Assembly (NCBI GenBank): GCA_965219955.1
Contig: OZ244799.1
Coordinates: 2,080,001 to 2,144,000, forward strand
DNA from: a bacterium
GTDB taxonomy: Bacteria; UBA8248
DNA: 64,000 bases
Direction: 5' to 3'
The notes beneath the pieces were generated by a model that was not told where the DNA came from, ran no database searches, and was given only the letters and a program-made list of their open reading frames with translations. The translations under genes and the position numbers were made by a program. This document shows positions 18,421 to 27,779 of the stretch, in pieces (position 1 is the stretch's first letter; each line of letters opens with the position of its first letter).

Positions 18421-18483
18421 GCAACCAATATTCAGTTGCATTATAAAGTGAACTCAAGGAAATGCAACTGTTTTTTCGTTGCA
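18421..18483 (-). promoter_or_regulatory. hicAB promoter with two GCAAC-N9-GTTGC operators
   Basis: Palindromes at 18421-18439 and 18464-18482 flank a minus-strand TATAAT (18445-18440) and overlap TTGCAT (18467-18462). Confidence 0.7.
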
Positions 18484-18596
18484 AATGACAAGCCGAACCA
18501 TAAGGTATGAATGGAACACAAACTCGGGAGGAAAAAGACTTCACGAGGGGTGATCAGCCCCAGAAAAGGGCACCTACCCCCTTCCAGCGAATCTCC

Positions 18597-19847
18597 TCAA
18601 GCGCCGCTCTTCGCCTTCTCGAGCGTAGCGACGTTCACCGGGTGCGCGTTGCGGCGGCGCTTGTCGACGCGGATGCGCAGGCGCGCGGCCCCGGCGAGGC
18701 TCAGGCCCGCTTCACGCAGCTCGCTCCGGCTGAACCCCTTGCCGGGCCGCCAGTTCCCGCGCGAGTCTCTCACGAGAGGGAGGAACCCGTTTTCCACGGG
18801 GGAAGTTTCCGGGGGTTCGTCCGTCTGCTCCGGGGGCGATTCAGTGAAGACCTCGCTGTGTGATGCAGCCTCATCTTCTCGAGACGGATCAGGCCGGGGC
18901 GGTTCAGACTCATCCGGCGACGCTTCCGGGGCTGATGCCGCCAGGGGTTCCCCCACCTCCTGAACGATATTGTCAGCAGGTTCTGATTCGCTCTCCAGAG
19001 GTATTTCCGGCTCGGGCGCCGTCGCCTCTGCGGCGCTCTCCTCGACAACCGGGACAGCTTCGTCTTGCCCTTCATCCGAATCAGGCTCACCCGGCGCATC
19101 ACCTGATCCCGGCTCCGTCAGCAACTCCAGGTCGAGACCATATTCCTCGAAAGGGGCGGCTTCACGAGACGGCTCGGGCGCATCCGGCGACTCGTTTGCG
19201 CTCGCCGCGGCCAGGGGCTCCTCATCTTCCGGGACGGCATCTCCGATTGCCTGCGCCTCGCTCTCCTGCGGAATTTGCGGCTCAGATGCAGTCGCCTCCA
19301 CGGGGCTATCCGCCGCGTCCGTGGCGGCTTCCTCATGTTCCGAAACGATATCGGCGACAGCTTCCGGCTCGCTCTCCCGGGGGATTTCCGGCTCGGCGGC
19401 AATCGCCTCCGTTACGCTTTCCGCTACGACCGGGAATGCTTCGACATCCTGCCCGGACGTCTCAGCCTCATCCGGCGATTCGCCTGCTTCCAGCTCCCCC
19501 AGCGGCTCCAGGTCGAGGCCATATTCCTCAAAAGGCGCGGCTTCGCGAGGCGTTTCAGCCGCATCCGGCGGCTCACCCGAGGCCGGCGCCGTCAATGATT
19601 CCACGGCGGGGGCAGGATCGTTTTCCCGGGCATCCACACCGTTCGTCAAATCCGTGCGCGGCGGCTCATCGGCAGCCAGCAGTTCGAGCTCCATATGAGA
19701 GCCGTAGCTTTTGCCCTCCGTATCTTCCGTCGAATACGGAACGCCCGGTTCGATGGCCGTGGGAGGCGGAATTTCGTGCCCCTCACCCGGTTTGGCAGGT
19801 GCGGAATCCTTGCGCCGCGCGATACGGCTCAAAAATTTTTTCTTCAT
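18597..19847 (-). CDS. Acidic low-complexity protein with C-terminal ribosomal protein eL13 (L13e)-like domain
   Basis: About 350 aa of E/P/A/S-rich sequence with an internal duplication; the last 62 aa include 'WRPGKGFSRSELREAGLSLAGAARLRIRVDKRRRNAHPVNVATL', matching the eL13 signature. Confidence 0.8.
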   Translation of the reverse strand: MKKKFLSRIARRKDSAPAKPGEGHEIPPPTAIEPGVPYSTEDTEGKSYGSHMELELLAADEPPRTDLTNGVDARENDPAPAVESLTAPASGEPPDAAETPREAAPFEEYGLDLEPLGELEAGESPDEAETSGQDVEAFPVVAESVTEAIAAEPEIPRESEPEAVADIVSEHEEAATDAADSPVEATASEPQIPQESEAQAIGDAVPEDEEPLAAASANESPDAPEPSREAAPFEEYGLDLELLTEPGSGDAPGEPDSDEGQDEAVPVVEESAAEATAPEPEIPLESESEPADNIVQEVGEPLAASAPEASPDESEPPRPDPSREDEAASHSEVFTESPPEQTDEPPETSPVENGFLPLVRDSRGNWRPGKGFSRSELREAGLSLAGAARLRIRVDKRRRNAHPVNVATLEKAKSGA

Positions 19848-20074
19848 GATGATACCGCCCTCTTTCGGAAAAACTCACGAGTCCATAAACCATCGTCGAG
19901 TAAATACAGGGGGCGGTAAGGGAGGTCAGAAAACTTACGGGTTAAGACTAACGATAACAAAGACTTGGTGTCAAGCCGCGAATCACGGAGCGCGCTGACG
20001 GGTTTTTTCAATCAGCCAAAACACGCGAAACCGGGAAGGCCGTGGGGGAATCAATCGTTCAAACCGGATACGGA

Positions 20075-20392
20075 TCACCCATCCTTTTGATGGATGGTTT
20101 GCAAGTCTCGCCCGAGATCTTCGAGGTCATATTGGACAGGCGTTTTTCGAGTACGCGCGTAGTCCATCATCTCCCACAAAGAAACTCCCGCATCGCGCGC
20201 CGCCCGCGCAAGAGTGACCTTGCCGTCCCCGTAGAGCCGGGAATAATGCTCCAGCTTCCACTGCCGGACCGCGTTCGACAGCAACCTTCGCAGGGTGGTC
20301 GAACGGTCGGTCTGCTCCACATTCTCGATGAGTTCCAGTTCGCGGACCAGTTCCAGAGGGAGCCTCGCGCCCACCATGCGCTCTTTTTTCAT
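20075..20392 (-). CDS. UPF0175 family antitoxin with N-terminal RHH-like segment
   Basis: ATG overlaps the toxin stop (ATGA); 'LY..GKVTLARAARDAGVSLWEM...YDLEDL..DL'. Confidence 0.85.
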   Translation of the reverse strand: MKKERMVGARLPLELVRELELIENVEQTDRSTTLRRLLSNAVRQWKLEHYSRLYGDGKVTLARAARDAGVSLWEMMDYARTRKTPVQYDLEDLGRDLQTIHQKDG

Positions 20393-20904
20393 CTCTTCGC
20401 CTCTCTTGCGATTCTCAACACTTCCGCCACGACGGCCGGGGAGAGCCACAGGACCCGGGTGATGTCTTGAATAGTAACTTCCAAATCTTCCAAATCAATA
20501 TGTTCTCGCAAGTATGCTTCCAACAATACGCCGATGGTGCCCAAGTGTTCTATTCCCGCGGCGGTGGCCACGCTTCGGGCCTCTTTGTCGTCAACGATCA
20601 GTTGCAAGCCCCGCGCACCCGCAAGCGCGATAGATTCAGACTCCCCTAGATCGAGCCGGGATCGGCCACTTAGTCGTCGCATCAAGCTTTGTTCTTCGGT
20701 GGTCAAGCGAACAACCCGCAGCCAGCCGTCTTCCGCAGCGGATTCGAGTTGCTCTATACCCAAGGCGCGAACAACTCTACCAGTGTCGATTGTCTCCTCC
20801 TTCACGACAGGCCCTGTTATCACCTCACCATAAAGTTCGTTCAAGAGCCTCAGGCGGCCAAGTTTGGCAAGGACGATCAAAGGGGAGGCGTCGGCTACGA
20901 TCAT
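20389..20904 (-). CDS. DUF3368-containing PIN-domain (VapC-like) toxin
   Basis: 'MIVADASPLI.L', 'LDLGESESIALA', 'LIVDDKEAR', 'GTIGVL'; GGAGG RBS. Confidence 0.88.
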   Translation of the reverse strand: MIVADASPLIVLAKLGRLRLLNELYGEVITGPVVKEETIDTGRVVRALGIEQLESAAEDGWLRVVRLTTEEQSLMRRLSGRSRLDLGESESIALAGARGLQLIVDDKEARSVATAAGIEHLGTIGVLLEAYLREHIDLEDLEVTIQDITRVLWLSPAVVAEVLRIAREAKR

Positions 20905-20945
20905 TCAACCTCCTGATGGATTCACACCAAGACTCATGAAATGAT

Positions 20946-20964
20946 AACAAATGTTGCATTTGTT
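20946..20964. promoter_or_regulatory. Palindromic operator upstream of the PIN/UPF0175 operon
   Basis: AACAAATG-TTG-CATTTGTT, a perfect 8-bp inverted repeat about 40 bp upstream of the start. Confidence 0.55.
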
Positions 20965-21033
20965 TGCAATAAGGCTGCACGCTTGCCATCTCATCTGCTG
21001 ATTCGCAAATCGACTGTTGTCTTCACGTCCCCC

Positions 21034-21789
21034 CTACCCGCCCGCCAGTTCCTCGGCGGTGCGGATGATGAGTTCGATGTCCGCATCCCGCGAGAGCCGG
21101 TGGCCGCCGTCCTTGACGAGGGTCAGCCGTACGTCGTCGCTTTTGAGGACCTCGGACAGCTTCAAAGATACCTCCCAGGAGATCGTCTCATCGGCCATTC
21201 CGTGGATGAGGCGCACGGGGCAGGTCACATCGATCTCACCGCGCAGGAGCAGATGGTTCTCCGCCTCATCGAGCAGTTTTCTTGTGATGGGATACGGCTC
21301 CCCCCAGATGTTGGGCGCGTGCAAGACGTATCCCCGCTCGTCGAGTTCACGCTCCATCTCTTCGGTGAGCCTGTGTTTTTTGAAACCATCCGTGAAATCG
21401 GGACCCGACGCCACGCCCACGAGACCCTTCACGCGTTCGGGCCGGGCGAGAGCAACGAGCAGCATCATCCACGCGCCCATGCTCGATCCAACGAGCACCT
21501 GGGGCCCGCGGGCGACTTCATCGAGTATGGCGAGGGCGTCCTCCGCCCATTCCCCGATGGTCCCCTCCTCGAATTTTCCGGAAGATTCCCCGTGTCCGCC
21601 GTAATCGAAGCGAACGTAGGCGCGCCCGATTTTCCGGCAATGGGCTTCGAGTGCGCTCGCCTTCGTCCCGCTCATGTCCGAGCGGAAACCGCCCAGGAAC
21701 ATCAGGCCGGGCGATTCGCCCTCAAGCCGGAACCAGGCGAGCGAAGTCCCGTTTTCTCTATGCAGAAAACTCGAATTTGAGTCGGACAT
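21034..21789 (-). CDS. Alpha/beta hydrolase (ABHD10-like)
   Basis: 'FLGGFRSDMSGTKA', 'RFDYGGHGES', GSSMG, 'GGHRLSR'. Confidence 0.9.
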   Translation of the reverse strand: MSDSNSSFLHRENGTSLAWFRLEGESPGLMFLGGFRSDMSGTKASALEAHCRKIGRAYVRFDYGGHGESSGKFEEGTIGEWAEDALAILDEVARGPQVLVGSSMGAWMMLLVALARPERVKGLVGVASGPDFTDGFKKHRLTEEMERELDERGYVLHAPNIWGEPYPITRKLLDEAENHLLLRGEIDVTCPVRLIHGMADETISWEVSLKLSEVLKSDDVRLTLVKDGGHRLSRDADIELIIRTAEELAGG

Positions 21790-21796
21790 CTTGGTT

Positions 21797-22330
21797 TCAG
21801 GAGGAATTTTCGAGATGGTCGAGCAGCCGGGCGGGGACGCCCCGGATGGCGGCCTCCGCCGCCTCGTCGACGCAGTTCCCATCCTCGTCGAACACCTTGT
21901 GGACGCTCCCGACCGAAGCCTGACCGGGCAGAACCTCCCCGCCGACGTGGGTGAGAATGTGCCTCAGGTGCGCGAGGGCGTTGTCCGCGCTCGGCCCCAT
22001 CGCCACGCCCAGGATGGCGATGGTCTTGCCCTCGAACGTGGAGGGATAGCCCAGGTTGTCTATCGCCAGCTTGAGCGTGCTGCTGATACTGCCGTGATAC
22101 TCGGGCGTCGCGATGAGTATGCCCGCCGCTCCCGTCACGAGACTTTTCAGCATTTCGGGGTCTTTCGACTCGCTCGGCTCACCGGGCAGGGGCAAATCCA
22201 GTTCGCCCAGATGAACGCGGTTGATCTCGAAATCGCCCTTCCCCAACTCATCGAGCGCGAGCGCGAGGGCCTTATCGGTATTGTTCTGCGGCCTGCGGCT
22301 GCCGCCGAAGACAAGGATGTAGGGGGTCAT
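21797..22330 (-). CDS. NADPH-dependent FMN reductase (SsuE-like)
   Basis: 'GGSRRP' and 'ATPEYHGSISSTLKLAID'. Confidence 0.88.
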   Translation of the reverse strand: MTPYILVFGGSRRPQNNTDKALALALDELGKGDFEINRVHLGELDLPLPGEPSESKDPEMLKSLVTGAAGILIATPEYHGSISSTLKLAIDNLGYPSTFEGKTIAILGVAMGPSADNALAHLRHILTHVGGEVLPGQASVGSVHKVFDEDGNCVDEAAEAAIRGVPARLLDHLENSS

Positions 22331-22345
22331 GTCCGGTTTTTTCGA

Positions 22346-23452
22346 TTACGCGGCGACGCCGGCCGGTTCGGTCAGTACGACGGGTTCGGTATCCTTGAGA
22401 AGCGGCAGAACTTCTCTGCCGAAAATCTCCGCCTCTTCTTTGTGGGGCCATCCGTTCATGATGAAATGCCGCACGCCCGCGTCGTAATACTCGCGAATCA
22501 CGCCAGCGACCATATCCGGCGTGCCGACGAACATCGTTCCCGCACCGCCGCGCACCCTGTTCACGCCCATCCAGATCGTATCGGTGATCCAGAGGCTGTC
22601 ACGCGAGCCCATCTCGTTGATGCGCATCTGGCCGGTGGACTCGGTGACGTTCTTCATGTCGCTCCACGTGCCCGTGTTCGAGATGTCGCTCTTATCAATC
22701 AGCGCCTCGGCGGCGCGCACCGCCTCTTTCCTCGTCTCGCGCACGCAGACCAGATGGCGGATGCCGTAGCTGAGCGGACGCTCGCGCTCATACGCCCGGG
22801 ACTCGCGCCTGCCCTCCTCGATGTCCTTCCCGACGACTTCGGGTTCGGCGGCGTACATGACGTGCACGTCCCCGTGCTCCCACGCCACCCGCTTGCCGGG
22901 GTCCGAGCTTCCCGCCAGGAAAATCGGGGGATTGGGCTTCGTCACCCGCTCGGGGAAGATTCCCGCGTTTTCGATCTCGAAGAATTTTCCCTTGTAGTCC
23001 AGGGGACCCTCCGCGTTCCAGAGCTTGCGCACCACGTCCAGGAACTCGCCCGTACGCGCGTAGCGGTCGTCGTGCGGCATGAAATCCCCGTACCTTTTCT
23101 GATCCACGGGCGTGCTGCCCGTCACCACGTTCAGGGTGCAGCGTCCGCCGGTGAGATAATCGAGGCTGTTCGCCTGCTGCGCCGCGTAGACCGGGCCGGT
23201 GATCCCGGGCCGGAACGCCACCAGGAACTTGATCTTCTTCGTCCGGCTCGAAATCGCGCCCGCCGTCGTCCAGGCGTCGATGCAGTGCGTGCCGCACGGC
23301 ACGAGGATGTTGGCGAAGCCCGCCTCCTCGGCCGCCGCCGTGACTTCCGCGAGGTAATCCAGGGTGGCGGGGCGATCGGGCGTCTTCTGGTTTACCTGCG
23401 ACCCGTCCCCCGCCCTGTGGGAGCAAAGCGCCCATATGTATTCGGTGGACAT
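22346..23452 (-). CDS. LLM-class flavin-dependent monooxygenase (SsuD-like)
   Basis: 'AAEEAGF..ILVP.G..C.DAW', 'FLVAFRPG', 'LNVVTG', 'HDDRYARTGEF', 'HF I..G.PH.EEA'. Confidence 0.9.
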   Translation of the reverse strand: MSTEYIWALCSHRAGDGSQVNQKTPDRPATLDYLAEVTAAAEEAGFANILVPCGTHCIDAWTTAGAISSRTKKIKFLVAFRPGITGPVYAAQQANSLDYLTGGRCTLNVVTGSTPVDQKRYGDFMPHDDRYARTGEFLDVVRKLWNAEGPLDYKGKFFEIENAGIFPERVTKPNPPIFLAGSSDPGKRVAWEHGDVHVMYAAEPEVVGKDIEEGRRESRAYERERPLSYGIRHLVCVRETRKEAVRAAEALIDKSDISNTGTWSDMKNVTESTGQMRINEMGSRDSLWITDTIWMGVNRVRGGAGTMFVGTPDMVAGVIREYYDAGVRHFIMNGWPHKEEAEIFGREVLPLLKDTEPVVLTEPAGVAA

Positions 23453-23587
23453 CTTTCGTCTCCTCGGCGCCTCCCGGACGTGCGGAGCGCGCGCGTTGGA
23501 AGAAGCGTTGAAACTTCATGCGGGTCACGTCCCCCAAGATTAAAGCCATCGCCCTCACGGATCAAGTCCGCGAATCGGCGCCGATGC

Positions 23588-24180
23588 GGGGCCGTTGAAA
23601 AAGCCCTCGTCAAAGGAGCATCCCCCCTGAAAGAGAAACCCCATAAAGGCTCCCCCCCTACCCCCCCTTGTCAGGGCTGTTGAAAAAGCCTGATTCGAGA
23701 GCAGGCGGTATCGGGGGTTACGCGGCGGCCCTCCTTCCTACCGCGCAGGCGGCCACAAAACCTCATCCTGAGTAGGCGCGAAAGCGCCGTATCGAAGGAT
23801 GGAGGCGTCTCCCGTCTTGCGAGAGGGCATCCTTCGATACGCCGCCTTCGGCGGCTACTCAGGATGAGGAAAGTGGGGGCGGAGCCTGTCCCGAGCGAAG
23901 TCGAGGGGCCACTACTCAGGATGAGGCGGAGAGGGGTTTTGGTTTTTTTTGCCCCCCCCCTGGCAAGGGCTTGTTGAAAAACCCCCTGAGAGGATGATGG
24001 CAACACCCTTGAAAGGGAAACCCCATAAAACCAACCCCCCCTACCCCCCCTTGTCAGGAGGTATGAAAAGGTGACGCCCGCCGCCGGTTGAAGGGCTTTT
24101 TTTTTTCTTGCCCCCCTGACAAGGGGGGGTAGGGGGGGTTGCCTTTATCCTCTGAGAAGGTGGGCTTTTTCAACAACCCC
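23588..24180. mobile_element. Nested MITE/REP mosaic C
   Basis: Three left-type termini (about 23588, 23673, 23967) and one right terminus (24180); CCCCCCTTGTCAGG/CCTGACAAGGGGGG arms; CCTCATCCTGAGTAG...CTACTCAGGATGAGG cassette. Confidence 0.8.
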
Positions 24181-24270
24181 CGAGGCGCGGGTAACAGGCG
24201 CGAACCAGATTCGCAACTCATCAAGGTGGATGATTTTTCCTCAGGCCGGCCGATCTGCGCCTGGAAGAGT

Positions 24271-24855
24271 TCAGGGCGCTTTTTCCAGAACGATCATGTA
24301 GCGGCGCTCGCGCCTGCGCTCGACGATGACGTTGCGGCGCTCCATCCCGTGCCCCGGCAGGCGCAGCCAGATCGAATACTCGCCCGGAGCGAGATCCGTC
24401 ACCTCGATCGCCGGGTCCGTTTTGCCGTAATACCGGCTCCCGATGAAGACTTCCGCGCCCGGAGGGTCCGAGCGGACGACGAGGCGGCCGGCGCCGTCTT
24501 TCGTGAGCCTCATCTCGATGGGCGTCTTCTTCGCCCGAACGTCGACTTCGAGAACCTGGCCGACGTAGCCCGGGAACTCCGCCCGGATCGAATGACGCCC
24601 GTAGTCCACGCCCTTGATCTCGACGGGCCTGAGTTTATAGGCCTCCCCGCGCGGATTGCCGTTGAAGATGACGACGGCGCCCTCGGGCCTGCTCGTCACG
24701 ACGATCTCGCCCTTGCCGCTGCGCAGGGCTTCGGCGGCTTTTTTCCCCCGGGCGCACCCCGCACCCGTCGCCAGTGCGAAAACTGCGAACAAAATGAGAA
24801 TCGTATGGATGGAGCGCTTCGGCGGCGAAATTGAAGCAAAGAGTTTGTTCTTCAT
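24271..24855 (-). CDS. PEGA-domain protein (two repeats), probable exported or lipoprotein
   Basis: Repeats 'V.S.P.GA.V...G...G....' ('TSRPEGAVVIFNG', 'RSDPPGAEVFIG') after a hydrophobic N-terminus. Confidence 0.8.
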   Translation of the reverse strand: MKNKLFASISPPKRSIHTILILFAVFALATGAGCARGKKAAEALRSGKGEIVVTSRPEGAVVIFNGNPRGEAYKLRPVEIKGVDYGRHSIRAEFPGYVGQVLEVDVRAKKTPIEMRLTKDGAGRLVVRSDPPGAEVFIGSRYYGKTDPAIEVTDLAPGEYSIWLRLPGHGMERRNVIVERRRERRYMIVLEKAP

Positions 24856-25030
24856 GCTCACCCCTCCTGTCTTGCGAGACCTGAGCCTTCCTCCATTCAA
24901 TGTACCCTGTTTCGGGCGAGAGCAAAAGCCGGGGGAAAGACGATTCCCGGATACGCTTGCCCATTCCCCGCCCATGAGGAATGATGCGGGTAAATTCCAG
25001 GAAACAATCACCAGGGGAGAAGATTCCAAG

Positions 25031-26725
25031 ATGCGGGGACACCTGAGAGGACTGACGAACTATGGCGATCCGGGCTTCAGCGTTTTCGCGAGAGGCGCTT
25101 ACGCGAGGGGGTTCGGCCTGACGAAAGAGGACCTGGAAAAACCCATCGTCGGCATCGCCCAGACCTGGAGCGAACTCAACCCCTGCCACCGTCACCTGCG
25201 CGAGATCGCCGAGGCCGTCAAGCGCGGCGTCTGGCAGACGGGCGGCCTGCCGCTGGAGTTTCCCACCATCTCACTGGGCGAGATGTACCTGAACCCCACG
25301 GCCATGTTCTTCAGAAACCTCCTCTCGATGGACACCGAGGAGATGATCAAGGGCCAGCCCATGGACGGCGTGGTGCTGCTCGGCGGCTGCGACAAGACGC
25401 TCCCCGCGCAGCTCATGGGCGCGGCCAGCGCGGGCATTCCCGCCATCTGCGTGACGGCGGGGCCGATGATCGGCGGTCGCTTCGAGGACAAGGTGCTGGG
25501 CGCGTGTTCGGACTGCCGCGGCACGTGGGCGGAATACCGGGCGGGCAACTACGACGATGAGCGGCTGGAGGAAGTCCAGGGGTCGCTCTTCCCTTCGACG
25601 GGAACCTGCATGGTGATGGGAACGGCCAGCACGATGGCGTCCCTCACCGAGGCGATGGGCATGATGCTCCCCGGTCTCGCGGCGGTTCCGGCGGTGAACT
25701 CGAACCGCATGCGCCTGGCGGAGCAAAGCGGTCGGCGCATCACCGGGTTGATCGAAAAAGACATCACGCCCGAGAAAATCATGACGCGCGAGGCGTTCGA
25801 GAACGCCATCCGCGTGCTGATGGCCGTGGGCGGCTCGACGAACGCCGTCGTCCACCTGCCGGCCATCGCCGGACGCCTGGGGGTCGACCTCCCGCTATCG
25901 CTTTTCGATGACATCTCGCGCACCACGCCCATGATCGGCAACATCCGCCCATCGGGGAAGAAATACCTGATGGAGGACCTGGCGGCGGCGGGCGGCATCC
26001 CCGTGGTGATGAAGGAACTCGAACCCCTCCTCCACGGGGAGTGCCTGACGGTGACGGGAAAGACCGTGACGGAAAACCTCGCAACAGTCCAAGGGGCGCA
26101 GCCGTGGCAGGACGTCATCTACACGCGCGAGGAGCCCATATCCGAAGAAGGCGGCCTCGTGATCGTCAAAGGCTCGCTCGCGCCGGACGGAGCGGTCATC
26201 AAGATATCGGCGGCCGACTCCGATCTGCTGACGCATACGGGGCCTGCGGTCGTATTCTCATCCCAGCAGGATTTGATCGAGCGGATCGACGACCCCGACC
26301 TCCCCGCCACGGCGGAAAGCGTCTTCGTGCTCCAGAACACGGGCCCCATCGGCGCGCCCGGCTTCCCGGAGGCGGGCTCCCTGCCGCTTCCCAGGAAGCT
26401 GCTCGAGGCGGGCGTGCGCGACGTTGTGCGCGTATCGGACGCGCGCATGAGCGGGACGGCGTCGGGGACCATCGTGCTCCACGTAGCGCCCGAAGCGGCT
26501 GCGGGCGGCCCCCTCGCCCTGGTCCGGGAGGGGGACATGATCACCCTGGACGTCCCGAACCGGAGGCTGGATCTCAACGTCTCCGAAGAAGAACTCGCGC
26601 GCCGACGCGAAACCCTGGAGTCGAGACCGCCTCACTACGACAGGGGCTACGGCAGGCTGTTCATCGAAAACGTGCTCCAGGCGCCCGATGGCTGTGATTT
26701 CGGCTTCCTGAGAAAGGCGGAATAA
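25031..26725 (+). CDS. IlvD/Edd family dehydratase (dihydroxy-acid or sugar-acid dehydratase)
   Basis: 'ELNPCH', 'GCDKT', 'GTCMVMGTASTM', 'GGSTN', 'SDARMSGT', 'HVAPEAA.GG'. Confidence 0.93.
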   Translation: MRGHLRGLTNYGDPGFSVFARGAYARGFGLTKEDLEKPIVGIAQTWSELNPCHRHLREIAEAVKRGVWQTGGLPLEFPTISLGEMYLNPTAMFFRNLLSMDTEEMIKGQPMDGVVLLGGCDKTLPAQLMGAASAGIPAICVTAGPMIGGRFEDKVLGACSDCRGTWAEYRAGNYDDERLEEVQGSLFPSTGTCMVMGTASTMASLTEAMGMMLPGLAAVPAVNSNRMRLAEQSGRRITGLIEKDITPEKIMTREAFENAIRVLMAVGGSTNAVVHLPAIAGRLGVDLPLSLFDDISRTTPMIGNIRPSGKKYLMEDLAAAGGIPVVMKELEPLLHGECLTVTGKTVTENLATVQGAQPWQDVIYTREEPISEEGGLVIVKGSLAPDGAVIKISAADSDLLTHTGPAVVFSSQQDLIERIDDPDLPATAESVFVLQNTGPIGAPGFPEAGSLPLPRKLLEAGVRDVVRVSDARMSGTASGTIVLHVAPEAAAGGPLALVREGDMITLDVPNRRLDLNVSEEELARRRETLESRPPHYDRGYGRLFIENVLQAPDGCDFGFLRKAE

Positions 26726-26729
26726 GCGA

Positions 26730-27776
26730 ATGCGCCGGGTCCGCGTCGTCGCACGCATGCTGCCCTGCATCCGCGCCCTGCGCGGCAGGCCTTACTCGCG
26801 CGAGATCGAAGAGCGCCTCGCCCGCGCGCTGGATGAAGAGAAGATAGAACTCATCATCGAGCCTGATGCCGGGAAGCGGATGGAGGCGCTCGAGGAGGCG
26901 GATTTCTATCTGTGCGAGAACGACCCGCTGCCCGATGATTTTTATGCGCGCGCGAAAAAGCTGAAGCTCATCCAGGCGGGCGGGTATTTCTTCGAAAAAC
27001 TGCAAATCGAGCGCGCCACGAAGGCGGGCGTGCCCGTGATGACCTTCCCGATGCCGATCACCGATTCGGTGGCGGACCACACCATGATGATGCTGCTGGC
27101 GCTCGCGAGAAACTTTGAAGTCACCATGCGCGCCTCCCGCGAGGGTTCGGACAATCCCTTATCCCCCCAAAGGCCGGACGGCAGCGCGTTCAACTGGACG
27201 CAGACGCAGGGCATCGCCCCGCTGCGCGGCGCGCGCCTGGGCGTTCTGGGGATGGGCGACATCGGACGCGGCGTGGCCCTGCGCGCCCGCGCGTTCGGCA
27301 TGGAGACTCTCTATTGGAACCGAACGCCGCTGCCCGAATCCGTGGACGATGCGCTGGGCGCGCGGCCCGTTGCGCGGGAGGAGCTGTTCCAAAACGCGGA
27401 CGCGCTCCTGGTCGGCGTCGCCTTGAACGAGGAGACGCGGGGCATCATCAGCGAAAGAGTGATTCGAACGCTCCCCAAAGGAGCCTATCTGCTGAACATC
27501 GGGCGCGGGCCATTGATCGATCAGGAAGCCATGTATCGCGCGCTCGCAGACGGCCACCTGGGCGGCGCCGGGCTGGACGTTTTCGACCCCGAGCCGTTTC
27601 CGCCCGAACACCCGCTGCTTCGCCTGCCGAACGTCATCCCCTCCCCGCACTGCGCGGGCGGGGACGATGAGAACATTATCCGGGAAATCGAGATTTACTT
27701 CGAGAACATCCACCGCGCCCTGGCTGGCGAAGCGCCCTTAGGGGTAGTGAACGACGCCCCCTGGCGGGGGTTGTAA
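26730..27776 (+). CDS. D-2-hydroxyacid dehydrogenase family protein
   Basis: 'GVLGMGDIG', 'LLNIGRG', 'AGLDVFDPEP', 'SPHCAG'. Confidence 0.9.
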   Translation: MRRVRVVARMLPCIRALRGRPYSREIEERLARALDEEKIELIIEPDAGKRMEALEEADFYLCENDPLPDDFYARAKKLKLIQAGGYFFEKLQIERATKAGVPVMTFPMPITDSVADHTMMMLLALARNFEVTMRASREGSDNPLSPQRPDGSAFNWTQTQGIAPLRGARLGVLGMGDIGRGVALRARAFGMETLYWNRTPLPESVDDALGARPVAREELFQNADALLVGVALNEETRGIISERVIRTLPKGAYLLNIGRGPLIDQEAMYRALADGHLGGAGLDVFDPEPFPPEHPLLRLPNVIPSPHCAGGDDENIIREIEIYFENIHRALAGEAPLGVVNDAPWRGL

Positions 27777-27779
27777 CCC

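Noticed and set aside
17613-21000. Intact integrative element at tRNA-Asn
   Set aside because: No integrase and no duplicated tRNA 3' end (att site) was found by eye.
21674-23683. Long opposite-strand ORFs (669 aa here; also 29203-31596, 36267-37781, 57260-58738, 61722-63215)
   Set aside because: They are antisense shadows of well-supported genes, as expected in high-GC DNA.
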